DNA of 64,000 nt, from assembly GCA_045535515.1 (NCBI GenBank), contig JAZSLT010000016.1, forward strand, positions 83,802-147,801, given 5' to 3'. How positions within the stretch are numbered: position 1 is the first letter of the stretch; every line of letters begins with the position of its first letter. Origin of the DNA: Clostridia bacterium (GTDB taxonomy: Bacteria; Bacillota; Clostridia; UMGS1883; UMGS1540). A program made the translations under genes and the position numbers. The notes under the pieces are model-generated. The model searched no databases, was not told where the DNA came from, and saw only the letters and a list, made by a program, of their open reading frames with translations. Below are positions 49,903 through 60,266 of this stretch, one piece after another.

Positions 49903-51209
49903 ACTGGTTCGTCCTTTCTGATTTTATCCCATAAGGCAAAGCCGTCGCATCCTACAGGGAAAATCGGGATTCCGAGTTTTTCGGAGAGCATACCGACTGT
50001 CATGTCATCTAAAAACACATCGGTACCGCTTCGTAGCATAGTCGATGGAATAAGGGCCGCCTCGCCCAAATCCCGGCCGGCAAGCTGGGAGGCGATATCC
50101 TGTCCGGTCAATAGACCCGCCACCGTAATTTTCTCTCCGAAAAAGTGATTGATAACAGGGTGTACCTCTATCTGAAGCTGCGGAAACCTGGCCATGGCAA
50201 GACCGGCAAGCTTTTGAAGAAGGGCACCGGCGGCCATGCCGGTAATCAGCGAAATATGCCTTTTTTCGGCGTGCGGCGAGGCCGTCATGGCCTCCAAAAA
50301 TTCATCCTCCAGACTTCGCAGAAGGCCCACACCGTTTTCTATCTGCGCATAGCCTTCATAGCTTTCCGCCGGCGGAATAGGCGCCTCGGCGAGAAGGTAA
50401 AACTCATCGGCCGCGTAAATAAAACGGGTGCCGATTTCCTTTTGCAGTTTCTCCTGCCAGGCAGACACTTGCCCAAGAAGCGCCGCGGCACCTTCCTTTG
50501 TAAAGGAGGAAAGCGAAGGCAGGCCGTCGCGATACCGCGTGATGCCTACCGGCACCACCGAAACACTCGTCATATAGGGCGCAAAAGCCGCCAGGTCCGA
50601 AATCGTTTTGTCAAGCGCCGCCCCGTCATTTACACCCGGCACCAGCACAATCTGGCCGTTCATGTGAATACCGGCCTCATACAGTGTTTTCAGGTGGCGA
50701 AGGGCTTTGCCGGCGTGGCGGTTTTTAAGCATCGTGCAACGAAGCGCGGGGTCTGTGGTGTGTACGGAAATATTGATGGGCGCGAGGCGCATCCGGATAA
50801 CCTTCTCGATGTCGGCATCCTTCACATTGGTAAGGGTTATGTAGTTTCCTGTCAGGAAGGAAAGCCTGGCATCGTCATCCTTAAAATACAGCGTTTCGCG
50901 CATGCCGGGCGGAAGCTGGTCAATAAAACAAAAAATACATTTATTCCGGCACCGCTTGGCCTGCCCGAACAAGGCACCCTGAAACTGAATACCGAGGTCC
51001 GGACTTTCCGGCTCTTCGATAGTAATAATTTCGCGGCTCCCATCCGTTTTCAAAACGGAGAGGGTAACCGTATCGGCACAGGCAAAAAACCGAAAATCCA
51101 GCTCATCCTCCGGCGTGTGGCCGTTTACCTTTTCTATGATATCGCCTTTTTCAATCCCTGCAGCCTCGGCATCGGATGCAGGGAGAACGGTATGTACGAC
51201 TGCTTTCAT
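49899..51209 (-). CDS. DUF512 family protein (PDZ plus radical-SAM-like core)
   Basis: [28 protein letters not shown] domain; CIFCFIDQ cysteine motif; conserved upstream of der in Clostridia; RBS GAAGGAG. Confidence 0.7.
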   Translation of the reverse strand: MKAVVHTVLPASDAEAAGIEKGDIIEKVNGHTPEDELDFRFFACADTVTLSVLKTDGSREIITIEEPESPDLGIQFQGALFGQAKRCRNKCIFCFIDQLPPGMRETLYFKDDDARLSFLTGNYITLTNVKDADIEKVIRMRLAPINISVHTTDPALRCTMLKNRHAGKALRHLKTLYEAGIHMNGQIVLVPGVNDGAALDKTISDLAAFAPYMTSVSVVPVGITRYRDGLPSLSSFTKEGAAALLGQVSAWQEKLQKEIGTRFIYAADEFYLLAEAPIPPAESYEGYAQIENGVGLLRSLEDEFLEAMTASPHAEKRHISLITGMAAGALLQKLAGLAMARFPQLQIEVHPVINHFFGEKITVAGLLTGQDIASQLAGRDLGEAALIPSTMLRSGTDVFLDDMTVGMLSEKLGIPIFPVGCDGFALWDKIRKDEPV

Positions 51210-51658
51210 CTGCCCTGCTCCTTCATCGCTCTGTCCATATTCCGCGCCGCATCGCGCCTGGCGGCCGTCTCGCGCTTGTCGTAAAGCTTTTTGCCCTTGC
51301 AAAGACCAAGCGAAAGCTTTACATTCGAGCCGCGCCAGTGCAGGTCAAGCGGAATCAGCGAATATCCCTGCTGCATGACCGAGGCGTGCAGACGGCGGAT
51401 TTCGTTTTTGTGCAAAAGGAGCTTTCGGTCGCGCAGGGGGTCTTTATTAAAGATATTGCCCTGCTCGTAGGGACTGATGTGCATCCCCAGCACAAAGATT
51501 TCGCCATCGCGCACCGTCGCATAGGAGTCCTTCAGCGACACATTGCCGCCACGGATGGATTTAACCTCCGTGCCGGACAGAGAAATACCGGCCTCCCATG
51601 TTTCCTCTACAAAATAATCATGTCTTGCTTTTTTATTCTGTGCGATTATTTTTTCCAT
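51206..51658 (-). CDS. smpB: SsrA-binding protein
   Basis: [16 protein letters not shown]... Confidence 0.9.
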   Translation of the reverse strand: MEKIIAQNKKARHDYFVEETWEAGISLSGTEVKSIRGGNVSLKDSYATVRDGEIFVLGMHISPYEQGNIFNKDPLRDRKLLLHKNEIRRLHASVMQQGYSLIPLDLHWRGSNVKLSLGLCKGKKLYDKRETAARRDAARNMDRAMKEQGR

Positions 51659-53330
51659 CCGCCAAAGCCTCCTTTAATACAAAATCCATACGGGAAAGCA
51701 TGCTGTCTACCTTCACAAGCTCCACCCGGACCGTTTGCCCGAGGCGATACGCCTGTCCGCTATGCTTTCCGGTGAGAGAAAGCGTCTTTTCATCAAAAAT
51801 ATAATAGTCGTCCCCCATGTCGCGTACATGCACAAGCCCTTCCGCGAGATTCGGAAGCTCCACAAAAAGCCCAAAATCGGTAACAGAGGAAACCACAGCC
51901 GTAAATTCCTGTCCTACATAAGGCTCCATTACGCGGCACATAAGGAAGCGCACAGCCTCGCGCTCCGCCTCCACCGCCGCCTCCTCACGCTCGGAGGAAA
52001 AAAGGGCGGCGCGGCGCGTGAAACCGGCCAGCTTATCGGTATCCTCCCCGTGCAAAACGGTCTTTACAATCCGGTGACATACCAAATCCGGATAGCGACG
52101 GATGGGGGAGGTGAAATGACAATAGTAATCAAGCGCCAGCCCGAAATGTCCCATATTTTCATGGCTGTATCGCGCCTTCATCATGGCGCGGAGCAAAAGC
52201 GTACTTACAACATGCTCTCTCTCACTTCCCATTTCCCCTTCCAGTAGCGCCGCAAGCTTTTTGCCGGAAAACTTGCCGGGAATGGTCAGGGAAAGCGTAG
52301 AAAGAGACATAGAAAGCTGGGTGCGTTTTTCCTTATCCGGTGCCTCATGCACACGGTAGATAAACGGGGCGCCGAGATGGGAGATGTATTCGGCAATGGT
52401 GCGGTTACAAAGCACCATTGCATTTTCAATCATTCTGCCGGCCCGTCCGTCCTCCCGCTTTTTTATATCGGTTGCACGGCCGTGCGCGTCAAACACAATT
52501 TCCGGCTCGGGAATATTAAAATCAATACTGCCCTTTTCCTTCTGCCTGAGGGAAAGGCGCGTGCAAAGCGCGTCTAACAAAACGAGAGACGGGAACACTT
52601 TTGCGTGCTTTTCATCCGCATATCCGCGTGCCAAAGCGGCGGAAACCTCGCTGTACACAAGGCGGAAGTCAGAACGGATAACGGCCTCATGCACCGAAAA
52701 GGAAAGAAGGTGACCGTCCTTGCCCAGCTCCATAATCGTCGTTAAGGTAAGCCTGTCAACACCCGGGTTTAGGCTGCATATCCCGTGCGAAAGCGCGAGG
52801 GGCAGCATGGGAACGGCGCGGCCCGGCAGATAGCAGCTTGTGCCGCGGGCAAAGGCCTCACGGTCAAGCGCGCTGCCTCTTTTTACATAATGCGAAACAT
52901 CCGCAATATGCACATACAGGCGATAGCCGGCCTCTGTTTCTTCAATGGAAATCGCATCGTCAAAATCCTTAGCATCTTCGTTATCTATCGTAAAGGTTAA
53001 AAGGGAACGCAAATCGAGGCGGCCACGCGTGCTTTGTACACTTGTGGGGACCTTGTCGGCCTCTCTTTCTGCCTCTTCGGGAAAGCGGGGCGGAAAGGAA
53101 TGGGCCGCGAGTATGCCGGAAAGCACCGCTTCATCGGAAACCTCTTTTTTCGCAGCATACCGGCCGCGATGGAAGGAGAGGCGACCATGGCGTACAAGCT
53201 CCTCCAAAATGTTTACTAAAGCCCCGAAGTCCTCCGGCGGCACCGCAAGCATGGCGGCAATCTCCGAGAGGGAGAGGGGAACGGTAGCCTGATGCTGCAA
53301 AAATGCGTAAACCTTTTCCTGTCTGTTCAA
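51633..53330 (-). CDS. rnr: ribonuclease R
   Basis: RNB catalytic domain (DFDDAISIE...), C-terminal S1 domain; TTG start with AGGAGG 6 nt upstream; secG-rnr-smpB synteny. Confidence 0.8.
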   Translation of the reverse strand: MNRQEKVYAFLQHQATVPLSLSEIAAMLAVPPEDFGALVNILEELVRHGRLSFHRGRYAAKKEVSDEAVLSGILAAHSFPPRFPEEAEREADKVPTSVQSTRGRLDLRSLLTFTIDNEDAKDFDDAISIEETEAGYRLYVHIADVSHYVKRGSALDREAFARGTSCYLPGRAVPMLPLALSHGICSLNPGVDRLTLTTIMELGKDGHLLSFSVHEAVIRSDFRLVYSEVSAALARGYADEKHAKVFPSLVLLDALCTRLSLRQKEKGSIDFNIPEPEIVFDAHGRATDIKKREDGRAGRMIENAMVLCNRTIAEYISHLGAPFIYRVHEAPDKEKRTQLSMSLSTLSLTIPGKFSGKKLAALLEGEMGSEREHVVSTLLLRAMMKARYSHENMGHFGLALDYYCHFTSPIRRYPDLVCHRIVKTVLHGEDTDKLAGFTRRAALFSSEREEAAVEAEREAVRFLMCRVMEPYVGQEFTAVVSSVTDFGLFVELPNLAEGLVHVRDMGDDYYIFDEKTLSLTGKHSGQAYRLGQTVRVELVKVDSMLSRMDFVLKEALADGKNNRTE

Positions 53331-53433
53331 AGGAAACCTCCTGAAATTACAGAGGCTGCCGCAGAGGGCGCAGAATGGAATAGCACTCTGCCTTTTCATG
53401 CGACAGCCCGAGTCTTCTTTGTTTGCGAAGCAC

Positions 53434-53670
53434 TTATTTGAATGCGACTGCAAGCACAACAGAGAGAATGATGAACAATACAGCCAGAATTACAGTCCAC
53501 TTTTCCAAAATACCGTTTAAGGTCTTGCCTCTGTTCTTGCCAAAAAAGTTATCGGCATTGCCACCGGCAATCGTACCGGAAAGACCTGCATCCTTACCAT
53601 CCTGCAGAAGAACAACGGCAGAAAGAAGAACCGTAACGACTATATGTATAATCGTAAACGCCATTTTCAT
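53434..53670 (-). CDS. secG: preprotein translocase subunit SecG
   Basis: MKMAFTIIHIVVTVLLSAVVLLQDGKDAGLSG...; two TM segments. Confidence 0.75.
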   Translation of the reverse strand: MKMAFTIIHIVVTVLLSAVVLLQDGKDAGLSGTIAGGNADNFFGKNRGKTLNGILEKWTVILAVLFIILSVVLAVAFK

Positions 53671-53814
53671 AGCTACACCCCCCAAATTAATTTCATATTC
53701 TGTAGTGTACCACATATTTGTATATTTTACAAGGTTTTTTCAAAAATTTATCACAAAAAAGACTTTTTATTTTTCAAATGGGCGTGGGAAAACAGAACCG
53801 AGCGGAAGACAGCG

Positions 53815-56800
53815 GTGGCGGGACTGCGTTCCAAACAGAAACAGGACCTTGCAAAGCGGGCGGCGATGCAGTCGATTACGAAAGCAGGCGTGGCGAATGC
53901 AATGCCTTCCTCTGACGGCATACAGGAGGCATCGGGTTTTGTTGGAGAATACACCGGGAAAAGCTACACCAAAAAAGAAGCGGAACTATTAGCATTGATA
54001 TCAGACGAAGGTATTGCAAACGCCGGAGAAGCAAGACCTGGGACAATATCGCAAAGCATTTTGGGCGTAAGCAGTGATGTGTGGCAAGCGTTCAAAGATG
54101 CAGGCTTTGTCGGCGACGATAACTTTGCTATGGACTTTATTATAATGGACGAAAGAGAACGCCGGCATAAAGAACGAAATAATGTGAAAAGCACGCCGGG
54201 TATAACTTTGCCGACTGCTGAAACGGCCGGGCAGGGGATAATGCTGCCCACGGCAAAAGACACTATGGGGTGGGTAGGCGGAACAGAATACGGTGGCATA
54301 ACGGGGGAGGCTGCCTCTTTCCGAATTGGGCGTACTGTGGAAAACAAACCGTTTGTAGAGATTGAGGAAGATATTTTAGACGGTATACCTGAAGAAGAAT
54401 GGACAAAAAAGGTTAATGAAAACTTAAGAAATAAGTTTCCTAATGGGATTGCTATAGGTAAAGATACAATAAAAATCAACCAGAAGAGCAGGCGGGAAAT
54501 GACATTTTCTGCGTACATGCAATGGCTTAGAAAAAACGAACCCCAGGCGTTTTCGGACAAGCTAAGAGCAACGAACAATGCCGATGAATTAGTTTTAGCC
54601 GCCGAAAATTGGGTAAACGAAGGCGCAAAACACGGCAGAAAAGACACGATTTCCAGCTTCGCACGAGGAAATGTATTGATGAAGGTCGGCGGCAACAACT
54701 ATTCGGCGGATGTGGTTGTCGGCATAAAAAATACTGGGGAAGCGCTCTTGTACGATGTTATAAATTTGCAACCGACAACCATAACAGAAAATGAGACGAA
54801 TGCATTGAATACCGAGTACCCGTCACCGGGAGTCGATAGAAACAATGCATCCGTCTCTAATGACAGTATATCACAATCCGCCCCGAATAGTCAAGAAAAT
54901 ACTGCCGGAAATATTTTTGACGGTCATGTCCTTCCCACTGCGAAAGAGCAAATGGAGCAGGCGAAGAGAGAAAAAAGGGCGGCAAAGGCAAAAACGGAGG
55001 TGGAGCGGACAGGTATTCTTCTGGGCGTTCCGGACAAGATTATTCAGGCGGCAAAGCGGATTTCAAAGGTGCTCGGCATAGAGGTATGCTTTTATCGAAA
55101 TACTGGCGGGAAGGTGAAAAACGATAAGGGCTATTATAACCGCGACGGCAGGAAGATTTATCTGAATGCCGAAATTACGGACCCTGTTGCGTTTATCTTG
55201 GGACATGAAATGATACATCACATCCAGCTGACAAAGAGCTATCTGAAATTTGCGGACACAATACTCAAGAAAATACTGCAGGATGGCGGGGACCTGGATG
55301 CAATGCGGCAGGAGCTGAAGGAACGCTACGCCGAAAACGGTGTAAAGCTTGATACTATGGCCGAGGTAGACCAGGATGTAATTGCAGAGTATGCGCAGGA
55401 GCATCTTTTTACGGACGAGGCAAGTATTATTTCTGTTGTAAACGCCGATAAAGAAGGCGGAAGTATAATAGCACGCTTTTTGGATACTGTACTGGCAAAG
55501 TTTGGGGATAAAGACGCACAGGAGCGGGCATTCGTGCAAAGGGCGCGCTCTCTGTATGCTAAGGCACTTCGGGAAAGCAATAGAGAAGGGCAGGCGAACA
55601 CCTATAAAAGCGAGACCGTGCTGGCCGGAGGTGGAGAAGCCACAAAACAGGCAGAGGGACATGTTCTGCCTACTACGAAAGATATGATGGCGCAAGGGGA
55701 CAGAACGAATACACGCGCCACGGCGTTGGATACCATGGAGGACGCGGAATACGATGCAAGAATGGAAGTTCTCGAGGCGGAGAGAAGCATGGCGGGCGAA
55801 AGCATGCTTTATGATGACGGGAGGCAGTTTGCTATCGGTGGGAAAAAAGGGATTGAAAAACACAATGCGAAAGGATATAATAATATAAATAAAAAAGAGG
55901 AAGGAGAAAGATATGCCGATACTGGAAAATATGACAGTGTCAGAGAGACACAATTACGAACGAATGAAGAAACGGGGATATACGGACGAAGAAATCAAAA
56001 AGACGCTACTGGAAATCCGAGCGATACCAAAGGAAACCAAGGAACGCCTTTGCCGCTTGATAGGAGAGAAAATGACGGTGACATCCCAAAACGAGGAATA
56101 ATAAGGAGCGTTTTTCATGGGACGCCATATCGATTTAAAACCTTCTTTAAAAGCTATATTGATATAGGAATTCATTTTGGGACCAAAGCGCAGGCGGAGG
56201 CGAGGCTTTCGAACGAGAATGGACATGTCGACGAATTTGACTTAAGATTAGACAATCCACTTGTTATAAAGGATATTTTTGGAGAGAAAATGGCAGAACA
56301 ATACGCCGCGGCAGTTTTGAGAGATTCAAAGCTTTCAGAAGACGAGAAAAAGGTTTTTGAAAAAGAGTTTCGCGACTTTTTGAATACTGACATTAAAGTG
56401 ATGGCGGCCGATTCTCTTGAGAAAAAAATACTTGAAGGCAGACACAGGATAAACACAGAAATTCGGGCAAACGGTATTTATGTCACCTTGGCCTTGGTTG
56501 ATGACAACTCTAACATTAATGAAATTCCGATGGCGGAACTTATTGATAAAAACAAGTTGGTTGAAATTTTAGGATTTGAGGATACAGTCCGAGCGCTTAA
56601 AGAGGGAAACTTGCCCGAAACGGCGAGAGAAAAATTAAATCCATACATTCTTGAAGCAATACTTCCGTTTGAAAAACAGTACTTGCAACTCCGCAAAATC
56701 GAGGGCATATTACAATCCTTCGGCTATGATGGCTTTGCCTATAAAAACAAAAACGAAGGAGAGGGATGGTCGTACGCTGTTTTTGACGACAGCCAAATCA

Positions 56801-58074
56801 TCAGAAAGACGGACAAAAAGGATGATGGCGTAACGGGGCGCCAATACGCCATCGCCAAAGAACCAGAAGACAGAAGAATAGACGAGCTTCCGAAAAAAGC
56901 ACAGACGGCACTTCGACAGACCGAAAGCAGGCTATCGGAACGCATTGGAGAAATTCTCGGCGTACCGAGGCGCGCGCAAAGAGATTTTCTTCAGGGCATC
57001 ATCCGGGATATATCGGAAGATTGCCTGCAAAGCGGCATGATAGACCGAACGAAAGCGGACGCGCTTTTTGAGGAAGCGTACAAGCAGGGCGTTGTGGTGG
57101 ATGCAGAATACTTTGAGCGTTACAAGCACATTCGAGACCACCTGCGAAACACACAGCTTACCATATCCGAGGAGGACAGGTCAAGTATAGCTGACTTTGA
57201 CGCGTTCCGGAAAAGTGCTTTCGGGAAGCTTCGTATCGTAAACGAGGGCGGACTGCCGGTGGATGTTGCATACGAAGAACTTGAAGACATGGCGCCGGAA
57301 TTATTTCCGGAAGACATTACCCATCCTGCTGACCAGCTGCAGCATATGTTTGAGATAGCGGACGGTATACGAAAAACAGAGCAGACGCTGAATGAAGCCT
57401 ACGGGGAAGAGGCCGAAACCTTCAAGGCCGCGGCAAAAGACGAATTTCATGCGGCGCTCAATTCTGCAGCGGTGGATTTCAAACGAGTCAAGCGTTATGC
57501 TGAAAGCCGAAGCAGACTTTTCGAAGAACAGGAAGCAGAGAAAAAGGGAAGTATACAAAGTCGAGAGGAACTGGACGAGGCGTATAAAAACTTAAAAACA
57601 GCCCGGCGAAACTTGGAAAAGGTAAAGCGAAGCGTGCTACTGACAGAACAGGACGAGATGCGCGTGGGGCAGCTCTTGCGGGGAGAAATAAGCCCTGTGA
57701 TGTTAAACCCGGAACAAGACAATGTAAAAGACATTATAGCGGTGTATCGCGCAAAGCAGGAATACGAAAATTACGCAAGGCGCATCCGTGATTGGAATGC
57801 AAAACGGAAGGAAGGGCTGCGCGCGCAGGCCCGGGAATACTTAGCCAATATCCAGAAATGGAAGGATAAGGTGCACTTTGGCGGTCTTCGCTATTCGCGG
57901 GAGACGATGGAGCGAAACTTCCGGGACATTATGGGCGAGGATGCAGAGGGTCTTATTGCGGAATATCTTACTCCCGTACATAAGGCGCAGGCGGATATTA
58001 TCTATCGTTTTATTACAAAAAACAGAAACGCCATTGCTTTTCCTGCGAAAATAATGTATACTATTATGCGTTGA
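53815..58074 (+). CDS. giant multidomain protein (about 1,420 aa; polyvalent-protein-like): repeated LPT[AT] motifs, zincin HExxH module, possible ART-like segment, C-terminal alpha-helical/coiled-coil region
   Basis: Single uninterrupted ORF (track 53644-58074). The 5' part of the track ORF is AT-rich promoter-like sequence, so the start is probably GTG 53815 (GGAAGA 5 nt upstream) or ATG 53866. Motifs seen: ITLPTAE, IMLPTAKDTM, HVLPTAKEQM, HVLPTTKDMM, and HEMIHH. GC is lower than in the flanks. Confidence 0.6.
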   Translation: MAGLRSKQKQDLAKRAAMQSITKAGVANAMPSSDGIQEASGFVGEYTGKSYTKKEAELLALISDEGIANAGEARPGTISQSILGVSSDVWQAFKDAGFVGDDNFAMDFIIMDERERRHKERNNVKSTPGITLPTAETAGQGIMLPTAKDTMGWVGGTEYGGITGEAASFRIGRTVENKPFVEIEEDILDGIPEEEWTKKVNENLRNKFPNGIAIGKDTIKINQKSRREMTFSAYMQWLRKNEPQAFSDKLRATNNADELVLAAENWVNEGAKHGRKDTISSFARGNVLMKVGGNNYSADVVVGIKNTGEALLYDVINLQPTTITENETNALNTEYPSPGVDRNNASVSNDSISQSAPNSQENTAGNIFDGHVLPTAKEQMEQAKREKRAAKAKTEVERTGILLGVPDKIIQAAKRISKVLGIEVCFYRNTGGKVKNDKGYYNRDGRKIYLNAEITDPVAFILGHEMIHHIQLTKSYLKFADTILKKILQDGGDLDAMRQELKERYAENGVKLDTMAEVDQDVIAEYAQEHLFTDEASIISVVNADKEGGSIIARFLDTVLAKFGDKDAQERAFVQRARSLYAKALRESNREGQANTYKSETVLAGGGEATKQAEGHVLPTTKDMMAQGDRTNTRATALDTMEDAEYDARMEVLEAERSMAGESMLYDDGRQFAIGGKKGIEKHNAKGYNNINKKEEGERYADTGKYDSVRETQLRTNEETGIYGRRNQKDATGNPSDTKGNQGTPLPLDRRENDGDIPKRGIIRSVFHGTPYRFKTFFKSYIDIGIHFGTKAQAEARLSNENGHVDEFDLRLDNPLVIKDIFGEKMAEQYAAAVLRDSKLSEDEKKVFEKEFRDFLNTDIKVMAADSLEKKILEGRHRINTEIRANGIYVTLALVDDNSNINEIPMAELIDKNKLVEILGFEDTVRALKEGNLPETAREKLNPYILEAILPFEKQYLQLRKIEGILQSFGYDGFAYKNKNEGEGWSYAVFDDSQIIRKTDKKDDGVTGRQYAIAKEPEDRRIDELPKKAQTALRQTESRLSERIGEILGVPRRAQRDFLQGIIRDISEDCLQSGMIDRTKADALFEEAYKQGVVVDAEYFERYKHIRDHLRNTQLTISEEDRSSIADFDAFRKSAFGKLRIVNEGGLPVDVAYEELEDMAPELFPEDITHPADQLQHMFEIADGIRKTEQTLNEAYGEEAETFKAAAKDEFHAALNSAAVDFKRVKRYAESRSRLFEEQEAEKKGSIQSREELDEAYKNLKTARRNLEKVKRSVLLTEQDEMRVGQLLRGEISPVMLNPEQDNVKDIIAVYRAKQEYENYARRIRDWNAKRKEGLRAQAREYLANIQKWKDKVHFGGLRYSRETMERNFRDIMGEDAEGLIAEYLTPVHKAQADIIYRFITKNRNAIAFPAKIMYTIMR

Positions 58075-58098
58075 GGTTTTGGAAGGAAGGGATACGAA

Positions 58099-58740
58099 GT
58101 GACAACGATGCTTCTGGTGCGTCATGGCGAAAGCGTAGCCAACCGCGAAGGCTTTTTCGGCGGTCAGCTGGATATAGACCTTGTGGAAAATGGCGTTTTG
58201 CAGGCAAGAAAAGCGGCCGAGTACATAAGCACCCATTACGCGCCCCGAGCAGTATATGCAAGCGATTTGAAAAGGGCATGGCAAACCGGAGCGATTATTG
58301 CAGACCGGATAGGAAAACCCCTGACGGCCCAAAAAAGCCTTCGGGAGATTTATGCAGGCCAGTGGGAGGGTATGTCGTTTTCGGAAATTCCGCAAAAATT
58401 TCCGCTGGCGTACAAAATATGGCGCGAGGACTTAGGACACGCCCGTTGCCCCGGCGGCGAGAGCGTGTCGGAGCTTGGGGAAAGAGTGCTGAAAGCGCTG
58501 ACCGATATTGCAGAGGAAAACGAAGGCAAAACGGTTGTGGTGGCCACCCATGCGCTTCCCATACGCGCTATGGAGAGCATAGTAGACAGCGGATTTGCAG
58601 AGAATATAAAAGCGTATCCGGCCGTTTCCAACGCCTCGGTTTCGGAGCTTACCTACGAAAACGGCACATGGTGCATCGTGCAAATGGGAATCGATTTTTA
58701 TATGGGCGACCTTTGCACGCTGCTGCCGGACAGAATATAA
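58099..58740 (+). CDS. histidine phosphatase family protein (phosphoglycerate-mutase-like / CobC-like)
   Basis: GTG start; LLVRHGES catalytic RHG motif; ATHALPIRAM second His motif. Confidence 0.75.
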   Translation: MTTMLLVRHGESVANREGFFGGQLDIDLVENGVLQARKAAEYISTHYAPRAVYASDLKRAWQTGAIIADRIGKPLTAQKSLREIYAGQWEGMSFSEIPQKFPLAYKIWREDLGHARCPGGESVSELGERVLKALTDIAEENEGKTVVVATHALPIRAMESIVDSGFAENIKAYPAVSNASVSELTYENGTWCIVQMGIDFYMGDLCTLLPDRI

Positions 58741-58757
58741 AGAATGTGGAGGACATT

Positions 58758-60194
58758 ATGAATAAAATACTGGCAGAGCCACGGGCGGTTTTTGAAAAGC
58801 TGGAAGAAATCTGCGCCATTCCGCACGGCTCGGGCGATATGCAGAAAATCAGCGATTTTTGCGTAGCCTTTGCAAAGAAGAACGGACTTCGGTATATACA
58901 GGACGAGGCCTTGAATGTGGTTATTTATAAAGAGGGTACCTGTCATCTGAAGAACGCCGCCCCCATTATATTGCAGGGGCATCTGGACATGGTTTGCCAG
59001 AAGGAAGAGGGGAGCGCGGTCAATTTTGCAAAGGACGGTATCCTTCCCTTTATCGAAGGGGACTTTGTACGGGCAAAGGGGACAACCCTCGGAGCCGACA
59101 ACGGAATTGCGGTGGCGATGATTATGGCCATTTTAGAAAGGGAGGACATAGCACATCCGCCGATTGAAGCCGTGTTTACCACCGATGAGGAAATCGGTAT
59201 GGTTGGTGCCGGTCGGCTCGATATGTCCGTTTTGTCGTCAAAAAGAATGATAAACCTTGATGCGGAGGAGGATGACACCTTGACCGTATCGTGCGCCGGC
59301 GGATGCGATGTGCACCTTTGCCTTCCGATAAGTCGGGAAAAGAAGGAAGGTACGAGAGTGACCCTTCGTGTGCGCGGCCTCTTAGGCGGCCACTCGGGCG
59401 TGGAGATTGATAAGGGAAGAGTGAACGCCAATGTTCTTTTGGGAAGGCTTTTGACGCATGCCCGAAAAGAGGAGGCCGACATTCTTTCTGTAAATGGCGG
59501 CAGTAAGGGAAATGCCATTCCCGGAAGCGGTACGGCCAGCCTCTTGGTTCGGGACTGGGAAGCCTTTTCCGGCTTTATGAAGCCTTATATTGAGGTCGTA
59601 CAAAACGAAATCCGCGACAGGGAAACGGAAGTATGCATCACGCTGGAAAAAGAGGACGAGGGAAGCTTTCTTATCATGGAAAAATCCGGCACGGACAAGT
59701 TTATCCATTTGCTGCTGGCAGTACCGGACGGCGTAATAGATTGGAGCCGGACTATCCCCGGTCTTGTGGAAACCTCCTTAAATCTCGGCATACTGGAAAC
59801 GAAAGAGGACGGCGTGCATTTTCACTACGCGCTCCGAAGTAATAAGCGCACGGCGCTTTCTGCGCTGAAGGAAAAAATCGCCGCAATCGCCGGATATGTT
59901 TCCGTTTCGTATAATACGGGAGGAGAATATAGCCCTTGGGAGTACAGGGAAAACTCTGCTCTTCGCACTTTGTATGCCGAAACCTACCGCGAAATGCAAG
60001 GCGAGGCGCTCCGGATTGCCGCCATTCATGCAGGACTCGAATGTGCCGTGTTCGCGGCCGCAATCGATGGCCTTGATTGTATTGCCATAGGCCCCACCAT
60101 GACAGGGGTGCACACGCCGGACGAGGCGCTTAGGATTTCCTCGGTGCAGAAGGTGTACGCGCTTTTGTGCGAAACCCTTAAAAAATGTGAGTAA
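58758..60194 (+). CDS. pepD: aminoacyl-histidine dipeptidase (PepD, M20C)
   Basis: MNKILAEP...; HLDMVCQKE, DNGIAVAMIMA, TTDEEIGMVGA M20 motifs; RBS GGAGG. Confidence 0.8.
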   Translation: MNKILAEPRAVFEKLEEICAIPHGSGDMQKISDFCVAFAKKNGLRYIQDEALNVVIYKEGTCHLKNAAPIILQGHLDMVCQKEEGSAVNFAKDGILPFIEGDFVRAKGTTLGADNGIAVAMIMAILEREDIAHPPIEAVFTTDEEIGMVGAGRLDMSVLSSKRMINLDAEEDDTLTVSCAGGCDVHLCLPISREKKEGTRVTLRVRGLLGGHSGVEIDKGRVNANVLLGRLLTHARKEEADILSVNGGSKGNAIPGSGTASLLVRDWEAFSGFMKPYIEVVQNEIRDRETEVCITLEKEDEGSFLIMEKSGTDKFIHLLLAVPDGVIDWSRTIPGLVETSLNLGILETKEDGVHFHYALRSNKRTALSALKEKIAAIAGYVSVSYNTGGEYSPWEYRENSALRTLYAETYREMQGEALRIAAIHAGLECAVFAAAIDGLDCIAIGPTMTGVHTPDEALRISSVQKVYALLCETLKKCE

Positions 60195-60266
60195 AAGCAC
60201 TTGCTTTTTTTCTTTCTTATGGTATACTATAAAAAAATGTCGCAAAGCGACGGAACGGAGAAGAAA

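Noticed and set aside
50145-51284. 379-aa plus-strand ORF antisense to the DUF512 gene.
   Set aside because: Arg/Gly-rich antisense artefact; the DUF512 frame has PDZ and Cys motifs and a strong RBS.
51100-51700. Looked for tmRNA (ssrA) next to smpB.
   Set aside because: smpB overlaps the downstream DUF512 gene, and no tRNA-like 3' end (GGTTCGATTCC...CCA) or tag-peptide frame was seen in the window.
53964-55953. Minus-strand ORFs (244 and 296 aa) antisense to the giant gene.
   Set aside because: Ser/Cys/Phe-rich low-complexity translations without start signals. The plus frame carries coherent motifs (HExxH, repeated LPTAK) over 4.3 kb.
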